From Mobula hypostoma (taxonomy: Eukaryota): a DNA stretch of 64,000 bases. Of this stretch, positions 11,990 through 24,669 are shown piece by piece. Both the position numbers and the translations under genes were made by a program. The stretch is taken from positions 33,730,001-33,794,000 of the forward strand of contig NC_086109.1 of the NCBI RefSeq assembly GCF_963921235.1, in the 5' to 3' direction. The stretch's first letter is position 1, and each line of letters starts with the position of its first letter. Below the pieces are notes generated by a model that did not search any database, was not told the origin of the DNA, and was given only the letters and a program-made list of their open reading frames with translations.

Positions 11990-12690
11990 TAATAGAGAAG
12001 TGCAGTACAGAAACAAGCTCTTTGGCCCACCATGCTTGGCTGCCCTTTGTATCAACACACACTAATCCCAGTTACTAACATGAGGTCCATAGCCTTCTAT
12101 ACATTGATGATTTAATTACTTGTCCAGATGCTTCTTAAGTGCAGAATCAGAATCAGAATCAGGTTTATTATCACTGCCATACACTGTTCTATCTAAGTCA
12201 CACCGTAACTGCAATGTTCCCGTGCACGTAGCCTTTGTTGCCATGCAGCTGAATAAAGACAGATGAGAAAGGGTTTGTGAAACATGAAAGATTTTCTTTG
12301 TTGTACTCTATTTCATTATACCATTCAATGAATAAATAAAACCATAACTATGTGATTTTACAACTTTCATTCTAAATTTTCATAGTGTGCATTTTACAAA
12401 AAAAAGAACATGTGAAGTGCCACTCTGTTTTCCGGCAGTGTAAAAAATTCCTGCTTGGTCTGCAGTGCTGTAAAAGGTAAAAATTAGAGGGAATGTTGTT
12501 GACATACAGTATGTCATGAAATTTGGTGTTTTGTGGCAGCAGTACAATACAATATATAAAATGTATTATAAATGATAAAAGAAATTTTATATGTGAGAGA
12601 ACCCACCTCCACTATCTCTTCAGGCAATACATTCCAGATTCAAAACACTCTGTGTGAAAAAATCTATTAAATCTCTTACCTCTGACCTTA
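11990..12690 (-). mobile_element. Composite: CR1 3' end interrupted by a LINE tail with (ATTCTG)n, itself interrupted by a MITE
   Basis: CR1 tail rc (ATAGAGAAGTGCAGTACAGAAACAAGC) at about 11990. (CAGAAT)3 at 12142-12161. CR1 resumes at about 12590-12690. Confidence 0.6.
12182..12498. mobile_element. hAT-type MITE (about 317 bp)
   Basis: Degenerate TIRs are CACTGTTCTATCTAA and rc CAACATTCCCTCTAA. The degenerate 8-bp TSD is CTGCCATA (12174-12181) / TTGACATA (12499-12506). Confidence 0.6.
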
Positions 12691-12695
12691 AATAT

Positions 12696-13145
12696 ACACT
12701 CAGTGGCAAGTTATTGGGTACATCTGTACACCTATTCACTAATTCAAATATCTAAGCAGCCAATTATGTGGCAGCAACTCAATGCATAAAAGCATGCAGA
12801 CATGGGCAAGAGGTTTAGGTGTTGTTCAGACCAGTCATCAGAATAACAAAGAACTGTGATCTAAGGGACTTTGACCATGCAATGATTGTTGGTGTCAGTG
12901 AACGTGGGTTTGAGCCTCTCAGAAACTGCTGATCTTCTGGGATTTTCGTGCATAACTGTCTTTAGAGTTTATAGAGAATGGTATGAAAAACAAAAAGTAA
13001 AGTCCAGTGAGTAGCACTTCTGTAGGCAAAAATGCCTTTTTAATGAGAAAGGTCAGAGGAGAATGGCTAGACTGGTTCAAGCTGACAGGAAGGCAACAGT
13101 AATTCAAATAACATGTTATATCAGTATTGTGCAGAAGAGCATCTC
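12696..13145 (+). mobile_element. Partial copy of the non-autonomous Tc1 derivative
   Basis: Begins TA-CACTCAGTGGCAAG. The interior is the reverse complement of 1330-1865. Confidence 0.75.
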
Positions 13146-13643
13146 ATATATATTTTTATCGGGACTTCCCCCATACTCCTCCATTCCAAAGAAAGCAAAT
13201 CAAGCCTTTCATTATAATGACAATGCTCCAATCTAGGCAACATCCTGTGAATGTCTTCTGTACTCTGCCCAGCACGTCTCAAGAACAAGGGGGAAAACAA
13301 AATGTCTAGGCAGCTAGAAATATGAAATAAAACAGAAAACAATGGGAATAATTGAAGAGGAGAGAGTACAGAGTGCAAGGGCAAAATGCTATTTCTGTAC
13401 AAATCATTGGTTTGGCAGCAGTTTTGTGCCTGAAACTGAGCATTTTAATTTCATAACTACTGGAAGTCTGGAGCAAAAAAATTGAAAATTATCACAATTG
13501 AATATCACAAAAAAATTGAAAATTATCTGGATTGAGAGAATTTAATTGCAAAGAATGTGCATTGAAAAAAAACATTCTTTTCATCACCAAGGAGGCAGGG
13601 AAGTACATAATATGTACTAGATATTTTTAAAAAGGGCATAGAT

Positions 13644-13723
13644 CAGGGGTTGTCAACATGTGGTACATGGGCCCCTCTGTTGAAGGTAGGGGTCCATGGC
13701 ATTAAAAAGGTTGGGAACCCCTG
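13644..13723. mobile_element. 80-bp hAT MITE (same family as 1524-1603)
   Basis: TIRs are CAGGGGTTGTCAAC and GGTTGGGAACCCCTG. The degenerate TSD is GCATAGAT / GTATTGAT. It shares the core GGGGTCCRTGGCAT.AAAA.GGTTG. Confidence 0.8.
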
Positions 13724-14410
13724 GTATTGATAAAGTAAGTGTCAATGAGTGAGATCATCACCCTTTTTACACAGAAAAAAATCTCGAAAAGACCTTCTAA
13801 AGTTTATTCTTTGGGATTTGGGTTCACTAACAAGGGCAGCATTTGGTGTCCATCCATAAATAACTCTGTACTGAGTCATCTTTCCATTGAAGGTACTCCC
13901 ATAATGCTATTTGGTATGATCTCAGACTCAATAGAAACAATACATTTCCAAGTCAGAAAGCTGTGTGACTTCAAGGGGAACATGTAGAAGTTAGGGTTCT
14001 CTTCTGCCTGCCTGCTATTCGATGCCATAGATTTATGAGGTCATTCAGAAGTAAGTCAGCTGACTAACTGCATGTGGATCACACATGCTATATCCAAGAT
14101 GTATTGGGGGTAAACTTAAATGCTCAGTTTGTCAAGTGCTTTGTTTTGTTCTGTGTGGTGTTGAGCCTCCTGAATATTGTTAGAGCTGGACTCCAAGCTA
14201 GCCGAGACAATTCTATCACATTCTTGCTTTTATCATGTAGATGATGGAAAGTCTTTGGGCTGTAGGGAAGTGAATCACTCACCGCAGGAAAGAGAGCATC
14301 TGGTGCCTTCCTGTAGCCATCGTGCAGTTACTTTTAGGGTCAATAGTGCTCTCAGGGTTGGTGACGCAGATGATCAGAATCAGAATCAGAATCAGGTTTA
14401 TTATCACCGG

Positions 14411-14770
14411 CATAGAAACATAGAAAACCTACAGCACAATACAGGCCCTTCAGCCCACAAAGCTGTGTCGAACATGCCCTTACCTTAGAAATTACCTAGG
14501 GTTACCCATATCCCTCTATTTTTCTGAGCTCCATGTACCTGTCCAGCAGCCTCTTAAAATACCCTATTATATCCACCACCATCACCGTTGCCGGCAGCCC
14601 ATTCCACGCACTCACCACTCTCTGAGTGAAAAACTTACCCCTGACATCTCCTCTGTACCTACTTGCAAGCACCTTAAAACTGTGCCCTCTCGTGTTAGCC
14701 ATTTCAGCCCTGAGAAAAAGCCTCTGACTATCCACACGATCAATACCTCTCATCATCTTATACACCTATC
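14411..14770 (-). mobile_element. CR1 3' fragment nested in a LINE tail (host about 14374-15200)
   Basis: ORF 14502..14765 reads YKMMRGIDRVDSQRLF...FFTQRVVSAWNGLP, with a TTCTATG-type tail. Confidence 0.9.
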
Positions 14771-14834
14771 ATGAAATTTATTAACTTAGCAACAGCAGTT
14801 CAATGCAATACATAATATAGAAGAGAAAAAAATA

Positions 14835-15109
14835 CTGCTACTACTACTACTACGTCAACTCAGGCCCAGGGGTCCGGCATGGGGCACGACGACGGACTCT
14901 CCACTTCTCCCTCTCCCTCATCAGTGTGTTCAGTTCATCTACATTAGCCGCACTGCTGTCTTCTAGGAGCGTGTTGACCATAGTCTTGGGAGGGCGCCCA
15001 GGGTTCATCCTCCCATGCTTGGGCTCCCATATGATGACTAGGCTGGCAGGTAGCTCAGGGTGGCGTAGACAGTGCCCCACTAGTTGCAGTCTTCTCACCT
15101 CGATTTTTT
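14835..15109 (-). mobile_element. RTE-clade LINE 3' fragment
   Basis: Encodes RRLQLVGHCLRHPELPAS...WEPKHGRMNPGRPPKT, with a (TAG)n tail at 14835-14852. Confidence 0.8.
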
Positions 15110-17386
15110 AAAATAATAGTAATAAATAAATAGGTAAATCAATTTCAGTAAACATATATTGAATAGATTAAAAACGTGCAAAAACCAGAAATACTGTAAA
15201 GGTAAGACAAAAGGTTGTCTAGAGTAGGTAGTTAGATGCTACCTTGTTGAAGATTGTTCCTTGTTCATTGCCTACCATGTATATATATCATGAAAGCTAC
15301 TTACAGCTCAAAGGTCCTGCCCTAACAGTTACCAGAGATTGAACCTAGGTAGAAGATCCTTACAGTGAGATAGAGCTGTGTGACTGGTTAATTCATCTCA
15401 TTCTAAGCTATATATTTTCACTTGCTCTTTTCCACGAAACTTGTCACCCCATTCACTGAAGAATTCTGACTGGCCACCAGGAGGCACATGACAACTGCTG
15501 GAAGATGTCTCAATCTCCATGTGGAGAAATGCTCAAGTGGTTTCCCAGTGTCTTGTGGTTGAAGTCAACTTCCTGGGCCATCAACTTGTATTTTCATCCA
15601 GTGTGCCTCCATTTTACCCACCAACGTTAACTTTGAACACTTACATTTTAATTTGTCACATCTGTATTTCATTTGGTACTTGTGTTCATTTGATGAGCTA
15701 GTATTCCATTAATTCTAACCAATGTCATGCTGGATTTCACAAACTGCAGCTTGTAAACTACAGAGGTAATTTTTCAAACTTAAGCTGTTGGGAGAGACTG
15801 GTGAAAAGGTTTTGGAACCACAAGGGCACAATGAAAGGCAATTAAAACCAGCATGGAGGTTTTCTGAAAATAGCGTAAAATCAAATATTTATCATTAATG
15901 TCTCCTGTTACTAAAAAAAAACAGTTTTAGCAAAGCTTCTGTTGTTAGAGTGAGTCAGTGTGAGCTATTGTCGGAGATGATTTTGTGAGTCGAGAACGAA
16001 CACATTTCCTCTGCAACGAGCTTATGAAATAATTCCCAGAGAAAGTAAAATAGATATTTTCTGACTGCTAAATTTCTGGGAATCAGGTTTTTCATATTGA
16101 GTGCAGATCGATGAATAAATACATTTATGCTTGTCACAGGGGAGTTACACCCATAATCTCTGCATATAGCACAAGACAGCAACTCATTCTTTTTGCTTCC
16201 TATCTGTTAAGGATGTGGGTTTTTTGTAGTGAGAACCAAGAAATATATAATATTTAGCTAAAATTTAAAATAATTTCATCTTTTCTCCTTTACCAAATCC
16301 CATTCAAGATATACATAAGTAAACACTTGTAAATTTAAGGGCTTTAATTCAGAAATTTATGGTAATTAAAATAAAATAATGATTTTCTTAGCTGTTGGTT
16401 ATGAATTCTCTTGATAACTAAAATGAAGGAATGTTCCTTCTGTAATAATTTGCAATATAATAAATAGCTTCAATTTCATTTGATTCACTGAAAGAGAAGC
16501 TGAATCTCAAGCAACTTCCGAGTATGGGCAAATAACTGGAAGACAACAATTATGTCGTAGGAGGAAATTACTTTATTTTTGCACATGTAACATGCTTATT
16601 TTAGTGACACTGTTGGAATTTTGGCACATGACTTCCCTATCAAAATAAATTAGGACCTATTCTAAAATTAGAAGTCAACTATGTCAGTAAAATATCAGAA
16701 ATCTCATTTCCACTGAGATTATTTGCAGAAATTTTGAACTCTTCTCCTCAAAACAACTTCAAAGGTTTATTTGAGGTGGACTTCTTTCAGGGAAGGGCAT
16801 AAAATCTAATAGTTTCATAAATAGAGTCAGAGCATTATTAAATATAATCAGCTCAAGTAGGCTAAATTGTTTATTCCCATGAAGTCTGTTGAACAAAGTA
16901 AAATCTTTATTGATTTCCTTCTTAGAGAGATAATAGTCATGAATTGCTTTATTTTTCTACCAGAAGATTCTTTCAACATTCTCAAAGATTGTGGCCCGCT
17001 GGTTGATTGTCAGTACTTTTCCACTGCTCAGCAAGAGGCAGAGACCGAGGAAACACTCCTTCATTCTCAGTGAAAGGTACTGCAATCAAATGTTTCAACA
17101 ATAATCTTAGATTCCTGATACACCATGATAGTTAATGTTTTTTTTACATGTTGTTGAGTGTCTTTAACATTGCATGATAGTAAGTTCAAAGTTCAAAGTA
17201 AATTTATTATCAAAGTGTGTATATGTCTTGAGATTCATTTTCTTGCAGGCACTCACAGTAGAAGAGAGAAATACAATCGAATCAATGAACAGCTACACAC
17301 AAAGACTGACAAACAACCAATGTGCAAAATAACACAATCTGTGCAAACTGTGCAAATAAAAAAAGATAAATAAGTAAATAAATATT

Positions 17387-17699
17387 TTTTATAGGCATCC
17401 GTTAGTCTCGTGAGACCATGGATTTGTGCCTTGGAAGGTTTCCAGGGCGCAGGCCTGGGCAAGGTTGTATGGAAGACCAGCAGTTGCCCATGCTGCAAGT
17501 CTCCCCTCTCCACGCCACTGATGTTGTCCAAGGGAAGGGCATTAGGACCCATACAGCTTGGCACCGGTGTCGTTGCAGAGCAATGTGTGGTTAAGTGCCT
17601 TGCTCAAGGACACAACACGTTGCCTCAGCTGAGGCTCGAACTAGTGACCTTCAGATCACTAGACCGACGCCTTAACCGCTTGGCCATGTGCCAACACTC
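17387..17699 (-). mobile_element. tRNA-headed SINE with RTE-related body and tail
   Basis: Head TGGCACATGGCCAAGCGGTTAAGGCG (A-box) and GTTCGAGCC (B-box). The 10-bp TSD is AATAAATATT (17377-17386, 17700-17709). A highly similar copy lies at 44532-44860. Confidence 0.85.
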
Positions 17700-18631
17700 A
17701 ATAAATATTACTGAGTATATTAGTTGGAGAGTTCTTGAAAGAGAGTCCATAGGTTGTAGAACTCGTTCAGAGTTGAGGTGAGTGATATTATCCATGCTGG
17801 TTCAGGAGCCTAATGAAAAATTCACTACTCCCAATTCATGTAGCCTGATAACTATACAAGAACATCTGGATATTCCACCATCTCCAAATATTCAGTTCCA
17901 CAGACTGCAAACCATGATATTTTGATGTTCTGGGTGGGGGCTGTGGTGAGATTTGGAAAGCCAGCCATCAACACTCAGCTGGGTTCTATCAAGATAGTTA
18001 CACAAAAACAAGCTTCACAGAAACTGCGAAAGTCTGTTTCTGGATGAATGGTACAGCAATGGTATAGGTCATGTGTGTAAAAATTGGGGAAGTGGTGTCT
18101 AAGCATGTTTGCCTACTTCTGAAAGCTGCAACACATGTTTGAGATCATCTATACTTTTAGCCTGTTAGGATCACAGAAGATCTGAGTTGAAAAAGATAAT
18201 TGTCATTCAACCTGCATAAAGCCATCAATTGTCATTAAAATTGTGCGTAAGAACGTGGTACGATGCCATCCAGTTTCCAGAACAAACATTTAAAATCCGA
18301 GGTTGTACAGAAGGGATTACTCTTGACATAAACTTCGAGCCTTGAGGAAACATGCTGTCAATACACTACAGGATCACTGGCATGAATTTCTCCATTGGTG
18401 ACATTATTTTTTAGGGCTTACTGTAGAATCTGATGTATCAGATGACTGGAGGATAAATCAGATTGGAGAGCTCACTCAGACAGTCAGTTCTATAGTATGA
18501 GATTTTAATTCTTTTAATATTGTGTGGAAGTTAGAAAAAAGATTTGGATAGACATAAGGATTAATTTATAAATTGCAAAATCGTAAACCAACTCCATCTG
18601 AATTTTTTTCATTGTTTAAACTTGAGTGAGA

Positions 18632-18955
18632 TTTATTTACTTACTGAGATACAGCGCAGAACAGGCCCTTCCTGCCCAGTAATCCCTTGATTTAATTTTA
18701 TCCTAATCACGGGACTTGGCCAGGACATCAAAAGGTATGGAGTGAAGGCAAGGGAATGAGGATGACCGGAAAAATTGGATCAGCCAATTATTGAATGGTG
18801 GAGCAGACTCGATGGGCCGAATGACCCACTTCTGCTTCTATATCTTATGGTCTTATGGTCTTAACTTACATTGACTAATTAGCCTACCATTTGGTATGTC
18901 TTTGGACTGTGGGAGGAAATTGGAGCACCTGGAGGAAACCCACAAGGTCACAGTG
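18632..18955 (-). mobile_element. V-SINE (HE1-like) interrupted by a plus-strand CR1 3' fragment (about 18716-18862)
   Basis: V-domain rc at 18900-18950, CR1-like tail rc at 18632-18680, and an inner fragment ending TCTTATGGTCTTATGGTCTTA. Confidence 0.7.
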
Positions 18956-19129
18956 TTTGAAATCATAATTCTGTTCTTCTCTCTTGATGTTCCAATATAA
19001 CACCATTCAAAATGCACAACACCTTCGATTGTTTTTACATTGAGAATTATGCAGCAAAAGGCTAATTTTTAAATCAGCTTACTCATTGTGCTTAGATTGC
19101 ATCTCAGACTGCTGCAGCATCATACCTTG

Positions 19130-19411
19130 TAGAAAGAGCTGTGCTTTATAGCGCAGTTGTAAGATTGGGGTTCAATTCTTGCGGCCTGTGAGAAGTTTCT
19201 ATGTTCTCCACATGATCCTGTGTGTTCCCTTTGGGTGCTCCAGTTTCCCCCCATGCTCCAAAGATGTACAGTTACGGTCAGCGAGTTATGGGATGCTACG
19301 CTGGCACCAGAAGTGTGCAGGTTGCCCAGCACAATGCTTGTTGATGTGATTTGAGATGATTCACTGTATGTTTCGGTGTATGTGTGACAAATAAACTTAA
19401 TCTTTCTCTTT
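19130..19411 (+). mobile_element. V-SINE with Rex1-like tail
   Basis: B-box-like GGTTCAATTC at 19169, V-domain GGGTGCTCCAGTTTCCCCCCA, and tail TGTGACAAATAAACTTAATCTTT. Confidence 0.65.
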
Positions 19412-19446
19412 GTCTCAAGGTCAGGCAAGCATCTATGGAAGGAAAT

Positions 19447-20617
19447 CAATGGCTCTCCATGCAGCCCTGGATCATGTGGACAATGCAAATACCTATGTCA
19501 CGATACTGTTTATTGAGTGTAGCTCAGCATGTGATGCCATCTTTCCTACATTCCTGATTAAAAAGCTACAGAACCCAGGCTGCTGTACCCCCCTCTGCAA
19601 ATGGATCCTCAATTTCCTAACCAGAAGACCACAATCTGTGTAGGTTTGAAGTAACATCAGCACCTTGCTGACAGTCAACACTGGAGAACCATGGGGATGT
19701 GTGCTTAGCCCACTGCTCTACTCTCTCTACACCCATGACTGTGTGGTAGGCACAGCTCAAATGCCATCTATAAGTTTGCTGATGATACCATCATTACTGG
19801 CCGAATTTCAGATGCAGATGAAAGGGCGTACAGGAGTGAGATATACCAGTTTGTTGAGTGGTGTCTTGCTCACCATCAGCACGACCAAAGAGCTGATTGT
19901 GGATTTCAGGAAAGGCAAGAGAAGGCGACACAAACCAATCCTCATGGAGTGATCAGAAGTGGAGAGAGTGAGCAATTTCAAGTTCCTGGGAGTCAATATC
20001 TCTGAGGACCTAACCTGGACACAACACGTGAGGAGATTTAGTTTGTCAACTAAAACACTTGAAAACTTCTAGAAGTGTACCGTGGAGAGCATTCTGGCTG
20101 GCTGCATTCCTGTCTTATGGGGGGACGGGAGCGGGCGGCTACCGCGCAAGATCAAAGTAAGTTGCAGAAACTTGTAAAATTAGTCAGCTCCATCATGGGT
20201 ACCAGCCTCCATGGTATCCTAAACATCTTCAAGGAGTGGTGCCTTATGAAGGCAGCGTCCATCATTAAGGACCTCCACCACTCAGGACATGCCCGATTCT
20301 CATTGTTACATCAGGAAGGAGGTACAGAAGCCTGAAGGCACACACTCAGCCATTCAGGAACAGCTTCTTCCCCTCTGCCATCCAATTCCTAAATGGACAT
20401 TGAACCCGTGAACACTACCTCACTACTTTATTATTTTTGAGCTTTTTGCACTTTTATTTTAACTTACCTATTTAATAGACATATATATATATATACACAC
20501 ACACTTAATGTAACTCAGTTTTTTCTCTATATTTATTAATTATTTAATTGTACTGCTGCCGTAAAGTTAACAAACTTCACGCCGTATGCTGATGATATTA
20601 AACCTGATTTTGATTCT
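19447..20617 (+). mobile_element. Rex1/Babar LINE 3' portion (RT), inserted into a Penelope fold-back remnant (19416-20790)
   Basis: Encodes ALHAALDHVDNANTYV, LCKWILNFLTRRPQSV and NTGEPWGCVLSPLLYSLYTHDCV. The tail is ATTAAACCTGATTTTGATTCT, with a possible GAAAT TSD. Confidence 0.88.
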
Positions 20618-21284
20618 GAAATGAACGGTCATCGTTTCGGATTGAAGGTCTGAGAGTCTTCATCAGGACGACTTCCGCCCCATTCCTTTCCAGTCTTGAT
20701 GAACTGTCTCAGCCCAAAATGTTGCTTGCTGATTTCTCTCCATAGATGCTGCCTGACCCGCTGAGTTCCTTCAGCACTTTGTGTGTGCTAATCATTCTGG
20801 ATTTTCATGATTAATTTCACATTTTCTAATACTCAAAGTTGCCGACAGCATAACAATGACATCTCTGAATGTAGAAAGATTAACGCATTGACAACTGGGA
20901 ACAGGTAACCTGAAGACTTTCTATATCACTATAATTACTTAATAAGGACTGTTGAAGCTTAATATTGACAAACTCTGATAATTTTGTCACAAATTACATC
21001 TTATAATTCAAACCTTTCTCTCATCTGCTACCTTTCCTCTTCGAGCCAAACTTCCAATGCTTTATCTAGTATGATTCAGTATTATATTTGCTGCAGGTTT
21101 GCATAAATCATTTAATCAAATTCCTTAAGTTGTGGTAAGGATTTTCTATGGGTCAAAGTGACAATGAATTATTCAGTTGACAACATGGCAAGTACTGTTT
21201 ATAGTAAAAGATAACAGGGAGGAAATTCCAGTGGACCATATTTAATCACTGTTTTCCTAAGACTGATAGAATAGTATACTTAAT

Positions 21285-21585
21285 ATTTTTTATTTAGAGA
21301 TACAGCACAGAAGAGACTTATCTGGCCCAATGAACTGCATCACCCAGCAACCCAACTATTTTAACCCTAGCCTAATCACAGGATTCTTTACATTAACCAA
21401 TTAGACTGTTAACCGGTAGGTCTTTGTACTGTACGAGGAAACCGGAGCACTGGGAATAAACCCACATGGTCACAGGGAAAATATACAATCTCCTTACAGA
21501 CGGCACCAGAATTGAACTCTGAACTCTCACGACCAGAGTTGTAATAGCGTTGTGCTAACCACAACACTAACATGGTGCCCGTAAT
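21285..21585 (-). mobile_element. V-SINE (HE1-like) with CR1-type tail
   Basis: tRNA-like head rc at 21500-21585, V-domain rc at 21420-21500, and CR1-like tail rc TTTAGAGATACAGCACAGAA. Confidence 0.75.
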
Positions 21586-22869
21586 GTCACCACCTAAGCT
21601 CTGAGACACATAATGACAAGAGCTCTGTGTATTGCAAAGTATTAATTCAATGAGATTTTGAGGTAGAATCCAAATCTTTAGTATCAAGGCTCAACAAGGA
21701 ATAGAAGTCCTCTGAAATTTAGATTAGAATTATTACTTGCAATTCACTTTCTATAATGTCTTATATAATCAATATGGCATGTCCTTTAGCAATTTATCAA
21801 AGATATTGGATGTTCATGAGCTGGGATCACCACTTCTGCTTGATAAACTGTTGTAATTATGTGAAGGTGGTTTTGTTGCTCATTAATTTAAAGAAATCTT
21901 GAACAATGTGATATTTAGAATGATAATTTCATTGTTTTGGATTTATTAATCAATGCCTTGATAAGATATTTGATTATTGCAATTGGAAAGATTACCACAT
22001 TAACAATAGGTGAAAAATAACCCTAAGATTTTCCATATCATTGATAATTACTTAATAAGGATTGTTCATGCTTATTGGTGACAAGGATGGTAGGGAGTAG
22101 TTGGGAATCAGTAAATTTACATCCTTTAATTGATGTGGGACACTTGATTTGATTAGTGAAACTTAATAGTCGGAAAGAGCTGTTGGAAGAGAAGACTGTA
22201 CGAAGATATTAACTATACCCCATCATTTAACTACCTTTTGCTCCAACAACCCCATACAATCTCCCAAAATAACTAATTAATAGGATGCTTGGATATAGCA
22301 GAGATTTAGCTGGAGAAATGATGCTTCGGAATGGCGGGTAACATCAGACATAAAAACCTCACTGACAGCAATCAGGCTGCTAAGGGTATGAAAGGTGGAT
22401 AGACTTTCAGATATAAAGGGAAAAAAGCGATGTTGGGTTATTGCAGGAAACTGTTACTGAGGTGAAAGGTCTTCCATGATCTTACTGAATGGCATAGTAG
22501 GGACAAGGGTCTAAGTATCCGACTCTTAATTATATTTTTATTGTCTTACGTTCTAATGAATATAAAAGTAACATGGATTTTAATGTTTATTCCTGAAGTT
22601 ACTTTTAGATTACATAAGAAATGCCAGTAGTAGCAGTTAACATCTTATCTTCGTGATTTATGGAGCCAACACTTCCATCTATTAACACCATTGTGATAGG
22701 GCGGAGCAGAAGATCAGATTGTTCAGATTCTGAAGCTGAAAGAGTGAGTAAGACAACTAGAGAACCCAATTGCAAAGCAGTGGCTAACAGGAGCATAATG
22801 GGACTGTACTTCATAACGGAGCAGCCACAGAGACCATCAGCTCCAAACCATGTCACATTAATTTTAAAA

Positions 22870-23880
22870 CTGCCCAACGTGTCCCCGGCACCAACCCACC
22901 CACCATCAAGGGCATATATACCGAACGGTGCTGGAAAAGTCCAGAATTATCATCCCACTCACCCCTTCTATGGACTGTTTGTCCCACTCTCATAATAATA
23001 ATAATAATAGTAATAATGAATGCCTTATTGATCTTGAGTGGGAAATTCTTTTGTTACAGTAGCGACATTTAAAAACGCACTTAGCAGTGTGCAGACTTAA
23101 CTAATAATAAATACAGAATAATATGCACAATAAAAATTTACCAATGTGCGATAATTTGCAATAATGTGCAATAATAATGTACGAAATAATATAGCAGTGA
23201 TAATAATAATGTTGTACTATGATGTGTGTTCTCCTGTTGCACAGAGATGAACTGTTGTATGTGCTTATTGCATTGGTAGGAAAGATTTTCTGTAACAATC
23301 TTTACGACAGCGGAGCTGAATGAGCCTGTTCGAAAGGGTGCTCCACTGCTTATTCAGTAGGTCATGGACAGGATGTGCCAGATTGTCCATAATGGATAAC
23401 AGGGAAGAGGCTATACAGCATCCACATCAGGACCACTAGACTCAGAAACAATTACCTGCCCCAAGCTGTCAGGCTGAACAATACCTCTACGTATTATCCC
23501 ACCCTACCACCACTAAATCCACATCAGCCAAACCTCTCCACAGCCCCTCAGCACCCTTCATCCCCCAATGTACTGCCACTTTAAACTTTGTGCCTTATAC
23601 CTACATTGACACAGTTAATTGTCCTACTGTATTTCTTAAAGTGTCACTTTATGTATACACACTTAGCCTTTGCATATAGGCTAATCGAATGTATATATGG
23701 CCACACTCAAACAGTTACTGTATATTTATAGGATTTATTTTATATTTATATTTATAGTGTTTTTTACATTTATTGTGTGTTATATTTAATCTGCATGAGA
23801 TCTGGAGTAACAATGATTTTGTTCTCCTTTACACTCCTCTATGGATGAATGACAGTAAACAATCTTGAATCTTGAACTTT
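22870..23880. mobile_element. Rex1-like plus-strand fragment (22870-22993, 23400-23880) split by a minus-strand Rex1-like 3' end (22994-23400)
   Basis: HPTHPFYGLFVPLS continues as GKRLYSI after the insert. The insert has a (TAA)n tail and is reverse-complementary to 62990-63085. Confidence 0.7.
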
Positions 23881-24669
23881 CTGCAGTCTGGTTGTGGGAA
23901 TCAATTTGACAAATCTGAAAGCTGGTTCAATGTTTCATTTGGTATACTGTCCTGCAGTTTGCAATTGGAAAAGTTGAAACTCTCTGCAGAGGGAAAACAT
24001 TGCCTATGCACTTCCAAGTGACCACGGACATCATGGTCTTGTAAGGACTAATGGAAAATCTTGCAAATGGCAGTGTTCCAGTCAATCAGAGTTACAATTC
24101 TGCATGACACAGAGTTGTAGACTGTTCTGGGTTTCATTTTATGCAATTCTTACAATCTCTAATGCATTTTTATTGTTTTTATATTTCTGAGAATGCAAGC
24201 AAACTTTAAAAGATTTTATCAATGTTGTCTAACCATGAATTGTAACTTCCTGCTGAAGTTTCAAGGTTAATTTGGACCTGGTCAAATTAAAATATTCCAT
24301 TACTCATGTACTATCTATCATTCGAACAAAGAACAATGAATGCTTATATTGGGCAAACCATGGGGAAAGTAAAGCAAGCCAAATGAGATCAGTGAAAATG
24401 ACTTTTTGAAACACATCAAAGTCCATGCTAGTTAAAGAATTATTGTATATTGTGATCTTGGGTTGGACAACTACATTTTTACATTTTTTCCCAGACTCCT
24501 TTGGCTATAACCCAAAGTATTTGTATAATATTGGTACTCAGTGGAAAAGCTGGGAATCAGACACTGTATTGCTGGCTCTAGTTTGCTTTCTCACAAAGAC
24601 ACCAACTAGTATCTCTTTAGGCTGACTGGAATTAGAATATAACAGATATGAAAATCCTCCAAGAGGACC

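Noticed and set aside
17640..17697. tRNA gene
   Set aside because: The A/B boxes belong to the SINE head and run on into the SINE body, so this is not a standalone tRNA.
17410..17781. Apparent paralogous small proteins (MRPWICALEG..., also 44557..44790)
   Set aside because: The similarity comes from two copies of the same TSD-flanked SINE, not from genes.
22605..22877. Minus-strand ORF with a signal-peptide-like or cadherin-like look
   Set aside because: It has no diagnostic cadherin calcium-binding motifs, it is short, and I see no supporting splice structure on that strand.
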